The translations under genes were made by a program, and so were the position numbers. Below, in pieces: positions 7,685-18,070 of a stretch of DNA of 64,000 nt; positions within the stretch are counted from its first letter, which is position 1, and each line of letters starts with the position of its first letter. The DNA is from Bradymonadia bacterium (GTDB taxonomy: Bacteria; Myxococcota_A; Bradymonadia; UBA7976; UBA1532). The notes below the pieces were generated by a model. That model did no database searches and had not been told where the DNA came from. It was given only the letters and a program-made list of their open reading frames with translations. The stretch is from positions 128,001-192,000 of the forward strand of contig JBKAGE010000036.1 in assembly GCA_046290225.1 (NCBI GenBank), written 5' to 3'.

Positions 7685-10075
7685 TTGATGATCACCCTCA
7701 CCCGCCGACGCATGTACAGCCCCATCATGATGTGCATGTCGTGGATGTTGATCGCCTGCAACCCCATCGAAGAGAACGAGGCCCGGCCCCAGCAGCTGGG
7801 TGAAGAGTGCGGCAGCACCGAGGCCTGTGCTGGCGGCCTGGTCTGCAGCGCCCGCAGCATCTGTGTCGCCTTTGGTGATCCGGGCAGCGCCGGACCAGGG
7901 GAAGCCTGTCAGGGCTCTTCTGATTGCCAGATCGACCTGTTCTGCAGCGGCCTCGGTCGGTGCAGCCCCGTACGCTCCGGCATCCAGGGAGACACGTGCT
8001 TTGGCGAAGATGCCTGCCGGGCTGACCTGATCTGCAATCACGAATCAATCTGCGCCACCCCCGGCGACGAGGGCACGACCCCGGCGAGCGGAGACTGCGA
8101 CGCAGACGCTGACTGTGCCTATGGGCTCGTCTGTGGCGTCGACGCTCAGTGTGTGCCCATCCCCATCACCCCTGGGGTGGTGTGCCCGGAGTCTGATCCC
8201 ACCGAGGCGCCCCAGATGCGCTTCGAGGTACCCCGCATCCAAGATGCACAGGGGCCCTTCTTCGCGCTCCCCTTCCCCAACGATGTGCGGCAGCGCGATG
8301 GGCAGCTCGACCTGTGGGGCTACCCCTCACCGGAAGGCGCCACCCTCATCACCCCCTATGCAGATGCAGTGACCTTCGAGGGCAATGGCTTCGGCCTCAA
8401 CCCCGCGGTCATTCTACGGTTCAACACCAACATCGACTTCTCCACGCTGACCTTCGGCGGCGATGACGCCACTCTGGTCTTTGTCGATGTCACCCCCGAT
8501 GCGCCCTCGAAGGGGCGCCGACCTCGGGCCCGGTTCTTCGCCACCACCAGCCGCACTCGATACATCTGCGCGAACTGGCTGGCGATTCGGCCCAGCGAGG
8601 GCTCCCCTCTCGAGGCCGACCGAACCTACGCGGTCTATCTGCTCGCCGGCCTGACGGCCACCGACGGCCGACCGCTCGTGCCTTCCGCTGATCTCACGGC
8701 AGTGCTCGGGGAGCGGCGCCCGGTGGAGCCGGCGCTCGCTGCAGCCTGGAGCCAGTATACGCCTCTGCGCAACTGGCTGACTGAAGAGGGTGTCTCCGCA
8801 GATCGTGTGATCGGGGCTACGGTCTTCACCACAGGTGATCCCACTCAACCTGTCGTGAACTTACCCACCACCACCAACGCCGTGGCGGCACCACAACTGT
8901 CCGACATCACCGAGTGCGACGCCGGCGCCACCTCGCCCTGTGAGGGGGGCGGTGCCCGCACCTGTGGCGAAGCCAATCCGCTGTTCAGGGAGATCCACGG
9001 TCGCGTCAATGTGCCTGACCTGCTACAGGGCAACCCGCCCTATCTCAATGGCGGCAGCGCCATCTTCAACGACGACGGCACCATCAGAGTGCAGGGCAAT
9101 GAAGAGGTCTGCGTCGGGCTCTCGGTGCCTCAAGGCACTCCCCCTGCTGGGGGTTGGCCTACAGTGCTCTACGCCCACGGTACGGGTGGCAGCTTCCGCG
9201 AGTTCGTCACCAACGGCTTTGCCGCCCGCATGGCGCAGCTCGGCTACGCCGTCGTGAGCTATGACGGTGTGCTGCACGGCCCGCGCCGTGGGGCAGATCC
9301 TGATCCAGATGTGCCTCTCGCTCGACGTCTGATGCCTCTCGATCGGCCCTACACGCTGAGAGATCTCCGGATCCAGGGGGCCGCTGATCTGCATCACGTG
9401 GCCCGCCTCGTCGATGCACCCATCAACGCCCCTGGTGGGGCGGTGTCGCTCGACCCCAATCACCTGACCTTCTTCGGTGACGGCCTCGGTGGTGAGGTGG
9501 GCGCGCTGTTCCTCTCAGCCACCGATCGCATCCGCGCTGCAGTGCTCAACGCCACAGGGGGGCAGGTGTTGCAGGTTCTGCTCGCGCGGCAGGACGAGTC
9601 TCGCCTTCGGGCTCAGCTGCAGCTGTCTTTCGCAGATGACGAGCTCAACGGCATGCACCCGGGGATCAACCTCATCCAGGCTCACCTCGACGGCGTCGAT
9701 CCGGTGAACATCGGCCCGCAGCTGACGTTCCAGCGCGGTCGTGAGCGCCCCATGCACCTGTTCGTGCTGTACGGTGCCGAAGACGTCAGCACCCCCGCGG
9801 CCTCGATTCACAGCCTGGCCATCTCTGCTCGCCTGCCCCTGCTCGCGCCGATCTTCAACCCGCTCGACGCCGTAGATGAAGCAGGCAGCACATCAGTGCG
9901 GGGCAACTTCACCGTGGGTGGCAATGGTGTCACTCGAGGCTTGAAGCAGTATGGCGTCGACGACAGTGATCCAGCACAGGTGGCCTTCGAGGCCCAAGAG
10001 GCCATCGAAGACGTCGACCGGTTCCTCAATACGCTGCTCAGCGATCCAGAGGGCGTGCCCACCATCGGGCAATGA
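7685..10075 (+). CDS. lipoprotein: Cys-rich repeats, PFPND/Ig-like region, alpha/beta-hydrolase fold (apparently inactive)
   Basis: lipobox LIAC; Cys-rich repeats; LPFPNDVR; WPTVLYAHGTGG; nucleophile elbow reads GDGLGG. Confidence 0.75.
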   Translation: MMITLTRRRMYSPIMMCMSWMLIACNPIEENEARPQQLGEECGSTEACAGGLVCSARSICVAFGDPGSAGPGEACQGSSDCQIDLFCSGLGRCSPVRSGIQGDTCFGEDACRADLICNHESICATPGDEGTTPASGDCDADADCAYGLVCGVDAQCVPIPITPGVVCPESDPTEAPQMRFEVPRIQDAQGPFFALPFPNDVRQRDGQLDLWGYPSPEGATLITPYADAVTFEGNGFGLNPAVILRFNTNIDFSTLTFGGDDATLVFVDVTPDAPSKGRRPRARFFATTSRTRYICANWLAIRPSEGSPLEADRTYAVYLLAGLTATDGRPLVPSADLTAVLGERRPVEPALAAAWSQYTPLRNWLTEEGVSADRVIGATVFTTGDPTQPVVNLPTTTNAVAAPQLSDITECDAGATSPCEGGGARTCGEANPLFREIHGRVNVPDLLQGNPPYLNGGSAIFNDDGTIRVQGNEEVCVGLSVPQGTPPAGGWPTVLYAHGTGGSFREFVTNGFAARMAQLGYAVVSYDGVLHGPRRGADPDPDVPLARRLMPLDRPYTLRDLRIQGAADLHHVARLVDAPINAPGGAVSLDPNHLTFFGDGLGGEVGALFLSATDRIRAAVLNATGGQVLQVLLARQDESRLRAQLQLSFADDELNGMHPGINLIQAHLDGVDPVNIGPQLTFQRGRERPMHLFVLYGAEDVSTPAASIHSLAISARLPLLAPIFNPLDAVDEAGSTSVRGNFTVGGNGVTRGLKQYGVDDSDPAQVAFEAQEAIEDVDRFLNTLLSDPEGVPTIGQ

Positions 10076-10091
10076 ACAAGCCCCCCTGATC

Positions 10092-11711
10092 TCAGCTCTC
10101 GGGCCCTCCGGCGCCTCGAGGCACCGCCAACATCACAGTTTGAATGCCCAGCGGATCAGTGTGCTGCTCGTCGACCACGAGGCCCGCCCGGTCGATGAGC
10201 GCTGCCAGGGCTGATGCGCTTCGGGGGCGGGTGTGCCACCCGAGGGTGCGACGCATGCGGGGCAGGCCTTCGTGATCTTCGGTGGTGGTGACCAGCACCG
10301 CGCCACCTGTGGCGAGCCGCCCTCGAAGGTGTGCCAGATGGTGCACGACAGTCTCGTCGTCGAGGTACTCCAGCAACCCCACATAGAGCACCAGGTCGAA
10401 GGGGCCTGCGGGGGCGGTCTCCACCGTGGCGTTGATCACCTCAGCCTCTGGAGCCGCAGCCTGAGCGAGGGCCCTTGCAGAGGTGTCAGGATCGATCAGC
10501 ACGAGATGCTCGGCGCCCAGGGCTGCGGCGTCCCTGCCGCCACCAGCGGGCACGGAGAGCACTGCTCGAGGGGCGCGGCGTCGGCCTCGCTGCACCACGG
10601 TCCACCACCGATGGCGCACTGCCCTGGCGCCCGGAGAAGCGAGGATCGCACGATCGAGGGCGGCCCCACGCCAACCTTCCCCACAGGGTGTGTTGGCATA
10701 GATCGCCTCCATCACCACTGCAGATCCACCCAACCGCCGGGCAAGGAAAGGCACACCGGCTCGATCCAACCACCGTCGGGGTTCGATCTCCCCCTGCCCT
10801 CCGGTGAGCGTGGGCGCTGGACGCGCCGGCAGCGAAGGCAAAGAGGGCGCCGACGACATGGGAGCTCTCAGGGTCCCCAGAGCCAGGGCGGGCTCGAGCA
10901 CCCACCCCAAAAGACTCAGAGACACGCCGAAGCCGTCTCTGAGGGCGCTGCTGAGACGAGCACACGTCCCCAGCCCGAGGGCGAGAGCCACTGTGGGCCA
11001 GGTCTCAGGGTTCACCAGTGGGATCAGCGTGCTGAGAATGAGCGTGGGCGGCACCGCGCCCATCAACCCCCAGATGATGCGATCGTGTGCCAGGAGATCT
11101 GAGAGGCCAGCGCGGTGAGCAGCCCAGGACATTGCCGGGGCCCACACAACTGGTGCCCCAGGCACCCCTGACTCGCTCAGCCCCTCTGGCCTGCGCAAAT
11201 CCACGGCCAGCACATGGGCCTTTCTGGCGCGGGCCACCCGAAGGCCTGGGGCATCGCCTACGCCGGGGAGGGCGAGATCATCCCGTCGCATCCAGACACA
11301 TCGATCATCTGCAAAGCCGGCAGAGTGGGTGATGTCATTCACCTTCGCCCCCCCTGCGAAATCTCGGCGCAGGCGCTCGACGGCCAACCCCATCGGGCCA
11401 CCCTGTGGTCGGGGCATCACCGAGACGAAGGCGCCACCGCATGCAGCCAGTCGCCGTGGCAGGTCGGCGCTCACCTGTACTTCGGCCCCGAGCATCAAGA
11501 CCCAGCGAGGGCCGTCGGTGGGGGGATCAAGGCCAGTGTGCACCCGCTCTGGGGGTGGATCGAGGGTGGGTGCTTCGCCGCCGTGGGGCAGCCAGAGCTG
11601 ATATTTGGGCACATGACGGCCAGGCATGGGCAATGGGGCCATCTGGGGCCGTGCCGTCGCCAGCAAGGCCAGAGCCCACACCACCACCATGCACCACGCC
11701 ATCGCGATCAA
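10092..11711 (-). CDS. membrane protein: degenerate GT2-like region fused to class I SAM methyltransferase
   Basis: TM segments; VLSVPAGGGRD, IDPD, FDLVLYVGLLEYLDD, LATGGAVLV. Confidence 0.6.
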   Translation of the reverse strand: MIAMAWCMVVVWALALLATARPQMAPLPMPGRHVPKYQLWLPHGGEAPTLDPPPERVHTGLDPPTDGPRWVLMLGAEVQVSADLPRRLAACGGAFVSVMPRPQGGPMGLAVERLRRDFAGGAKVNDITHSAGFADDRCVWMRRDDLALPGVGDAPGLRVARARKAHVLAVDLRRPEGLSESGVPGAPVVWAPAMSWAAHRAGLSDLLAHDRIIWGLMGAVPPTLILSTLIPLVNPETWPTVALALGLGTCARLSSALRDGFGVSLSLLGWVLEPALALGTLRAPMSSAPSLPSLPARPAPTLTGGQGEIEPRRWLDRAGVPFLARRLGGSAVVMEAIYANTPCGEGWRGAALDRAILASPGARAVRHRWWTVVQRGRRRAPRAVLSVPAGGGRDAAALGAEHLVLIDPDTSARALAQAAAPEAEVINATVETAPAGPFDLVLYVGLLEYLDDETVVHHLAHLRGRLATGGAVLVTTTEDHEGLPRMRRTLGWHTRPRSASALAALIDRAGLVVDEQHTDPLGIQTVMLAVPRGAGGPES

Positions 11712-11744
11712 AAGTTTCCCTCAGCCTTCCACGCGCTCGGCGGT

Positions 11745-12797
11745 ATGCTCCCCGACATGGATACCCCCACCTCCGACATGCCTCCTTCTGACATGGTCTG
11801 CCCCACCCCGCAAGAGAGCCCACCCTGCCCCGTGTGTGGCAACGAGACCTTTACCCCGGTCTTCCAGGGCGCCCGGGACTACATCTGGCGAAAACCTGGC
11901 CGATTCACCCTTGCGCGGTGCACCCGCTGCACATTGGTGATCACCCGGCCACGGCCCACACCAGAGGGCATCGGGTTCTACTACGAGAACGCATACTCTG
12001 GAGAGGCCCAGGCGGGCATGAAGCGCTTTCAGACCGAGAGCGCCATCGGCAAGCTCATCGCCCGCTACCGCCTGAGGGTCATCCACAAGGTGCGCAGCCT
12101 CACCGCCCAGGACAGAGTGCTCGATGTGGGCTGTAGCTATGGCGGGTTCCTCAGAGTGGCCCGTGAAGTGACCGGGTGTGAGACCAGCGGCATCGATCTC
12201 GATGCGGACAGCATCAAAGACGCCGTGGATACCGATCAGACTGACTACAAGATTGGTCGGCTCGAAGAGGTTGGCTATCCCGATGAGCGTTTCAGCGTCA
12301 TCACGTTTTTTCAGTCTCTCGAGCACACCCACCAGCCCGTAGACGCCCTCGCAGCCGCCCGCAAGGCCCTCGAGCCCGGTGGTCTGTGCGTCGTCGAGGT
12401 GCCCGACTTCAACGGTGTGTGGCGCCGGGTGTTCCGGACCGCTTGGTTGCCACTCTTGATCCCCCAGCACCTGTCTCACTTCACGCCCAAGAGCCTCCGA
12501 GCAGCCTTCGAGGCAGCGGGTTTCACCGCGATCAAGCACCGCCAGAGCATGTTCTACCCCTTCGAGGGGGTGGCCAGCCTGGGCATCTGGCTCGGCCGGG
12601 TGCTCAAGTCACCGCCGCCGGGCTCGCCACCCTCCTGGCGTACGCCCTTCGACCTGCTGATTCTTCTGATCTTGATGGTGCTCTATGTGGTGGTGGAGAT
12701 CCCCAGTCAGGCCATCATGCAGTTGCTGGGTGTCACCGGGCATCAGATCATGATTGCTCAGAAGCCGCCGGCTGACTCTTCGGCGCCTGAAGCGTGA
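11745..12797 (+). CDS. class I SAM-dependent methyltransferase with N-terminal Zn-ribbon
   Basis: CPVC...CTRC; VLDVGCSYG; QSLEH; LEPGGLCVVEVPD; HLSHFT; start estimated. Confidence 0.85.
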   Translation: MLPDMDTPTSDMPPSDMVCPTPQESPPCPVCGNETFTPVFQGARDYIWRKPGRFTLARCTRCTLVITRPRPTPEGIGFYYENAYSGEAQAGMKRFQTESAIGKLIARYRLRVIHKVRSLTAQDRVLDVGCSYGGFLRVAREVTGCETSGIDLDADSIKDAVDTDQTDYKIGRLEEVGYPDERFSVITFFQSLEHTHQPVDALAAARKALEPGGLCVVEVPDFNGVWRRVFRTAWLPLLIPQHLSHFTPKSLRAAFEAAGFTAIKHRQSMFYPFEGVASLGIWLGRVLKSPPPGSPPSWRTPFDLLILLILMVLYVVVEIPSQAIMQLLGVTGHQIMIAQKPPADSSAPEA

Positions 12798-13968
12798 GAG
12801 GCTCGAGGATCCGACCGGCGACCTTCAAGGGTCCCTGGTCCTGAAGATCAGGAGGCAGCTTCGCCAGCACCTGAGATGGATCCCGGATCAAGAAGTAGTC
12901 ATTGGGCACCATACGCCCGCTGGCCATCCAGAAGCCGGTGCCGATGCGACACCGATGCCCGAAGGCCCCACCGAGGACCCGCTGCCCACTGGAGTGCAGC
13001 GCGCCGTCCAAGGGGACGCGGATGTCCCCCTCGAAGTTGAGATCCATGGTGAAAGCCCCACCAGTGGTGACCACCTGCCGGCCCAACACACAGAGCTGCA
13101 TGAGGTACTGACTGGCCACCGCCTCGGGATAGAGCACACATGACTTGAGCACAGTCTGCTGGGTGACGATGCACCGCTCTCCGAGGACCGACAGCTCTAC
13201 CTGGGCCCCCGCCATGAGGGTGCTCCCGGCGCCGATGGTGCTCGCCCGCACAAAGCAGTGGGGGCCGATGGAGGCCCCGTCGCCAATCTTGCACCCCTCC
13301 ACCACCGCGGTGTGGTGAATGTCGCAGCCCCGGCCGATGACGTTCATCTTGCCGAGCACCTTCCACTTGTTCACCGAGAGCGATCGCACCGCCGCCCACA
13401 GCCCCCGGACCACCCACTTCCACATGGGCGTGGCCAGGGCTTCCCAGCCCCCCATCAGCTGGTTGGCCCACAAGATGTGCACCCAGTGATGCAGGGTCAT
13501 CACCGGGTGCTTGGGGATCCCCATCTTCATCTCGCTGATGCCGATGTAGTACTCCGGCGTGGGCATCGAGATGATCTTCTCTTCGGGATCAAAGAGCACG
13601 TCGGCACACTCACCCTCAGAGTACAGGCAGCGGATCTTCTCGAAGCGCCAGCCCGCGTCCACAGGGATCACGTGCGGCTGCACCGGCACGGTCTGATCGC
13701 CGAAGACCGACGACTTCAGCACCAGCACCCCGTTCTTGCCTGCACACCCCTCGATGAAGCGCCGGATCCCGGAGCTGGTGATCAACACCGTGTCGGGGAC
13801 CACCAGACACGGCGGCTTCGGAGACTCCACGACGGTGAGCCCCGCCTCCCGGAAAGCCCGGGCCTGCCACTCATAGAGTTCGGTCCCCTGTATCGGAGAT
13901 GCACCTGGGGGGTCGAGGAAAGGCTCGATCAGACGCCCGGAGGGCTCGATGAAGACGTTCATGGGCAT
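12748..13968 (-). CDS. left-handed beta-helix (hexapeptide repeat) transferase-like protein
   Basis: IGRGCDIHHTAVVEGCKIGDGASIGPHCFV hexapeptide repeats. Confidence 0.7.
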   Translation of the reverse strand: MPMNVFIEPSGRLIEPFLDPPGASPIQGTELYEWQARAFREAGLTVVESPKPPCLVVPDTVLITSSGIRRFIEGCAGKNGVLVLKSSVFGDQTVPVQPHVIPVDAGWRFEKIRCLYSEGECADVLFDPEEKIISMPTPEYYIGISEMKMGIPKHPVMTLHHWVHILWANQLMGGWEALATPMWKWVVRGLWAAVRSLSVNKWKVLGKMNVIGRGCDIHHTAVVEGCKIGDGASIGPHCFVRASTIGAGSTLMAGAQVELSVLGERCIVTQQTVLKSCVLYPEAVASQYLMQLCVLGRQVVTTGGAFTMDLNFEGDIRVPLDGALHSSGQRVLGGAFGHRCRIGTGFWMASGRMVPNDYFLIRDPSQVLAKLPPDLQDQGPLKVAGRILEPLTLQAPKSQPAASEQS

Positions 13969-14025
13969 GTTCGTGTGTGAGGGTGGGGCTGCTCGGAGGC
14001 GGCATGAGATACCGCCAGGGCGGGT

Positions 14026-17000
14026 TTACTCTGCGGGCAGCTCGGTGACGGACAGCTCGAAGTTGCCGAAGCGGGGGGCGTCCTCGCCACCAGGGCCGGC
14101 CCGCAGCTCGACATCAGTGAGGACCGCGTTCACCACCGGCCCTGGGGCCTCGACATAGCTCAGGGCCACGTACATGGTCAGGGGCAGCTTCATGCCATTC
14201 GCCGTGATGGTCACGTTGTCGCGGTCGATGCCGTAGTCCACCTGGCCGACCTGCTCGGGATCCGAGGGCACCAGCATGTGGAGCACAGGCGGATCAGAGC
14301 GGGGCTGGGCGTTGCCGTTGGCGATGGGGCCGTCGGCGGTGCGCATGTAAGCGAGATCACGACCGTTGAACTCCGCGGTGAGCTGAGCGGACTGGGTGCT
14401 GCCGTCAGAGCCCAGGTTGCCCGTGAGCACGAAGTCCACCAGGCGCTCGTCGAACTCCACGGTGGGCTCGAGGCGGATGCGCCACACGTTCGGGTGGGGC
14501 TGGCTCGAGTCGATGGTGAAGCCGTAGCCACCCGCCTGGGCATTGCGCTGACCGAGGCTTACGTCGAGCTGGCCGCTCGCGGCGCCGTTGTGGGTGATGG
14601 TGATGCGGCCGTAGCCGTCGAAGGCGTCGTTGCCGCCGTCACTCCAGCCAGCGGCTTGAATGTCGTTCCGGGCCTGGAAGTTCCGGGGATCAGCGGGCAT
14701 CACGATGTTGCCGCCAGCGCTCACCCACTGCTCAGGACCACCGCCATCGATGAAGATGAAGTACTCACCGGGCTCGGCGTCGGGGAGCAGGAGCGTGGGC
14801 TCGGGGTTGGCGAAGTTGCCCGCGCAGGCCACCATGGCCCCAGGCTCCTCGCAGTCGGTGCTCACCGAGATCACCGGCGCATAGTCGGTGCCCTCGTTCG
14901 CGGCGCTGATGCGCAGGGTGGCGGCTTCCTCGAGCACGTAGCGGTACACCGCCTCCGGCGCCTGACGGCCACCACAGCGGTTGTTGTAGCGATCAGGATC
15001 CCCCTCAACGGTGGCGCCCATCACGGTGCCGTTCACCGGGATCAGCGGCGTGTCGACCTCGGGGCGGCACGACTGATCTTCTGAGAGATCACCTGCAGCC
15101 TGGCAGCCCGGATCGTCGGGCCAGTCCGTGAGCAGATCTTCGTCGTCGTCGATCTCGTTGCCGCAGACCGGCAGCACATCGGGATCAGTCTCGTCGTCGT
15201 CTTCATTGTCTTCGCAGCCGAAGTCACGCAAGTCGATGAGACCGTCGAAGTCGTTGTCTACGCCATCGGCACATCGGACCGGCAGCACGCCTTCGTTCTC
15301 CTCGCTGGTGTCGGCGGCGTAGCGACAGCCCGGATCATCAGGGAAGTCGGGGCGGCCATCGCCGTCGTCGTCGTTGCCATTGCCACAGGCAGGGGCGAAG
15401 CGGGGGTCTTCCTCGTCCGGATCAGCCGCCCAGCGGCAGCCGGGATCCAAGGGGAAGTCGGTGATGCCGTCTTCGTCGTTGTCCTCGCCGTCGCTGCACA
15501 CGGGCAGCTCACCCTCGGGGGGATCAGTCTCGTCATCGTCACCGGCGGCGGTGCAACCGGGATCGAAGGGGAAATCGGCGATGCCGTCTCGGTCATCATC
15601 GAGCTCGTTGGCGCAGGCAGGCAGCAGCTCAGGATCAGCCTCGCCGCGATCACCCGCAGCGTAGCAGCCGGGATCGAAGGGGTAGTCAGTGAGGCCGTCC
15701 TGATCGTCGTCGAGGCGGTTGGCGCACTGAGGCGTGGGCCGGGGATCATCCTCGATGGTGTCGGAGCGACTGCTGCACCCTGCGTCGTCGGGGAAGTCGG
15801 TCACGCCATCTTCGTCGTTGTCGATGCCGTCACTGCACTGGGAGACCTCTTCGGGATCAGTCTCGTCGTCATCACCGACCGCCACACAGCCCGGGTCGAA
15901 GGGGAAGTCCGCATACCCGTCGCCGTCGTCGTCGCGGCCGTTGTCGCAGGCGGTGATGATGGCGGGCACCGGATCGCGCTCGTCTTCGTCCACCAGCGAC
16001 TCACAGCCGGGATCCTCACCGTCGATGAGGGCGTCGCCGTCATCGTCGAAGCCGTTGGCGCACCCTGCGGGCAGGCGCTCCGCCTCCACTGTGAGCTTGA
16101 AGGGGGCGCCGTCGCCGAAGCGGGAGTCCACGAAGATGAAGTAGCCACCCACCGTGGCCGAGTCGATGGTGACCTCGGCCCGAGCGATGTTGCCCTCTTC
16201 GTCTTCAGCCCCCTCACTGCAGGCGAGCTCCGAGGCCACCCGGTCGCACTCGCTGCGCACGTAGAGGATGGTGTTGGCCTCGGTCTCGGGGTGATCCGTG
16301 CTGAAGGTCAGCCGGGCGCTGTAGGGGTTGTAGTAGTAGTAGACCAGCTCAGGCTGGTTGGCCCCGCCACAGGATCCGCGGGCGTTGCTGGCGCCGTCGC
16401 CGAGGTTGCCCTGAATGCTGCCCGGATCCAGGAAGATCTCCTGGAAGCGCACGCCGGCACCGCAAATGTCGTCCTCCGAGACGTCAGCGGCGGAGACACA
16501 GCCGGGATCGAGGGGGAAGTCAGCGACGCCGTCGCCGTCGTTGTCGAGACCATCGCTGCAGATGGGGAACTCGCCCTCGTCGAACTCGTCCCGATCATCG
16601 GGGCGCTCACACCCGGGATCTTCCGGATAGTCGATGTTGCCATCACCGTCGTCGTCGATGCCGTTCAGACACTGGGCGAGGGGCACCTCCTCTACGAGGA
16701 TCTCCACATCGCCCCCACGGCCGTCCACCCCATCGAGGAAGATGTAGTACTCGCCGCGATCGAGGTTGTTCAGCGTGATGGTCTGACCAAAGGACTCCTG
16801 GTCGACAGCCTCACGACTGCACACCACCTCCGCAGCGCCGTCGAGGCAGTCGAGCCTGCGCACGTAGACGGTCGTGGGCACCACCGTGCCAGGGTTTGCA
16901 GTGGAGATGCGCAGCGACTCGACATCGCGCTCGAGGCGGTAGAACACCACCACCTCGGGGCTGCCCTGGCCGCCGCAGCTGCCTGCGGTGCCAAAGACGC

Positions 17001-17940
17001 CCCGGCTCGTGTCGATGGTCAGGCTCTGGCCGTCGCTGAGGGTGGGCGGGTTGTAGGCCTCACCACAGGTCCCCTGCTCGCTGTAGTCACCGGCAGCGTA
17101 ACAACCGGGATCGTTCGGGTAGTCGATCTGGCCGTCGTTGTCGTTGTCGCGGTTGTCGGCACAGTCCGGGGTGCGACCGCGATCGGTCTCGTCGCGGTCC
17201 CCTACCCCGATACAGCCAGGATCGTTGGGGAAGTCGACGAAGCCATCAGCGTCGTTGTCCACCCCGTCGGCGCAGCCTGGAGGGTTCTCTGGGGACATCT
17301 CGTCATCGTCACCGGCTGCGGTACAGCCGAGATCGTACGGGAAGTCGATGACCCCATCGCCATCGTTGTCGAGGCTGTCGCTGCACTGAGGGGCCTCTTC
17401 AGGATCGTTCTCCCGAGGATCAGCGACACTGGCACAGCCAGGGTCGAGCTCGTCGACGAGGCCATCCTGGTCGTTGTCGAGGCCGTCGCTGCACTGAGGC
17501 ATCGGCGGTGGGTTGGTCTCGTCGTTGTCCAGAGGAGAGCCACAGCCGGGATCTTCGGGGAAGTCGGTGAAGCCATCCGTGTCGTTGTCGAGGCCGTCGT
17601 CACAAGCCGGCGGCACGGGATCGGTCTCGTCATCGTCGCGAGGGGCATCGCACCCGGGATCGTCCGGGTAGTCGATGGCGCCGTCATCATCGTTGTCCAC
17701 ACCATCATTGCAGGCGGTCTCGACGGGCGCTTCCCCACCGGCACCGCCCACTTCACCACCTGCTCCACCGGGACCGCCAGCGACACCTCCGGCGCCGCCC
17801 TCGCCGCCCTCTCCAGCAGCTCCACCGGCGCCGCCAGCGTCGGGCGGGTCGACCTGATTGTTCTCGGATTCGGAGTCACAGCCCATGGCCAGAGCGGCCA
17901 GAAGGGCGGCGGTACGCCAGATGCGTCCTGTATGCGACAT
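14026..17940 (-). CDS. large Asp/Cys-rich repeat surface lipoprotein with three beta-sandwich (PPC-like) domains
   Basis: lipobox AMGC; Gly-rich linker; 17 units of C.(D/N)G.D(N/D)D.DG..DFP.DPGC; three CGG...PE.VY...G.Y.IF.D domains. Confidence 0.85.
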   Translation of the reverse strand: MSHTGRIWRTAALLAALAMGCDSESENNQVDPPDAGGAGGAAGEGGEGGAGGVAGGPGGAGGEVGGAGGEAPVETACNDGVDNDDDGAIDYPDDPGCDAPRDDDETDPVPPACDDGLDNDTDGFTDFPEDPGCGSPLDNDETNPPPMPQCSDGLDNDQDGLVDELDPGCASVADPRENDPEEAPQCSDSLDNDGDGVIDFPYDLGCTAAGDDDEMSPENPPGCADGVDNDADGFVDFPNDPGCIGVGDRDETDRGRTPDCADNRDNDNDGQIDYPNDPGCYAAGDYSEQGTCGEAYNPPTLSDGQSLTIDTSRGVFGTAGSCGGQGSPEVVVFYRLERDVESLRISTANPGTVVPTTVYVRRLDCLDGAAEVVCSREAVDQESFGQTITLNNLDRGEYYIFLDGVDGRGGDVEILVEEVPLAQCLNGIDDDGDGNIDYPEDPGCERPDDRDEFDEGEFPICSDGLDNDGDGVADFPLDPGCVSAADVSEDDICGAGVRFQEIFLDPGSIQGNLGDGASNARGSCGGANQPELVYYYYNPYSARLTFSTDHPETEANTILYVRSECDRVASELACSEGAEDEEGNIARAEVTIDSATVGGYFIFVDSRFGDGAPFKLTVEAERLPAGCANGFDDDGDALIDGEDPGCESLVDEDERDPVPAIITACDNGRDDDGDGYADFPFDPGCVAVGDDDETDPEEVSQCSDGIDNDEDGVTDFPDDAGCSSRSDTIEDDPRPTPQCANRLDDDQDGLTDYPFDPGCYAAGDRGEADPELLPACANELDDDRDGIADFPFDPGCTAAGDDDETDPPEGELPVCSDGEDNDEDGITDFPLDPGCRWAADPDEEDPRFAPACGNGNDDDGDGRPDFPDDPGCRYAADTSEENEGVLPVRCADGVDNDFDGLIDLRDFGCEDNEDDDETDPDVLPVCGNEIDDDEDLLTDWPDDPGCQAAGDLSEDQSCRPEVDTPLIPVNGTVMGATVEGDPDRYNNRCGGRQAPEAVYRYVLEEAATLRISAANEGTDYAPVISVSTDCEEPGAMVACAGNFANPEPTLLLPDAEPGEYFIFIDGGGPEQWVSAGGNIVMPADPRNFQARNDIQAAGWSDGGNDAFDGYGRITITHNGAASGQLDVSLGQRNAQAGGYGFTIDSSQPHPNVWRIRLEPTVEFDERLVDFVLTGNLGSDGSTQSAQLTAEFNGRDLAYMRTADGPIANGNAQPRSDPPVLHMLVPSDPEQVGQVDYGIDRDNVTITANGMKLPLTMYVALSYVEAPGPVVNAVLTDVELRAGPGGEDAPRFGNFELSVTELPAE

Positions 17941-18070
17941 GCTTCTCCCCAACGATCTCGCCGCGCCAGCCGCGGCACCGATGCACATTACTGCAACTTT
18001 GTAGATTGATTTAAGAGACAAACCCAGATCACTGTGTCACGCCAGTTCGACGTGAGGAGGTCAGGCCAGC

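Noticed and set aside
16291..18009. long opposite-strand ORFs (also 32927-35509, 36785-38449, 19296-20966, 21108-22766, 23412-24728)
   Set aside because: antisense shadows of high-GC3 genes with no recognisable motifs
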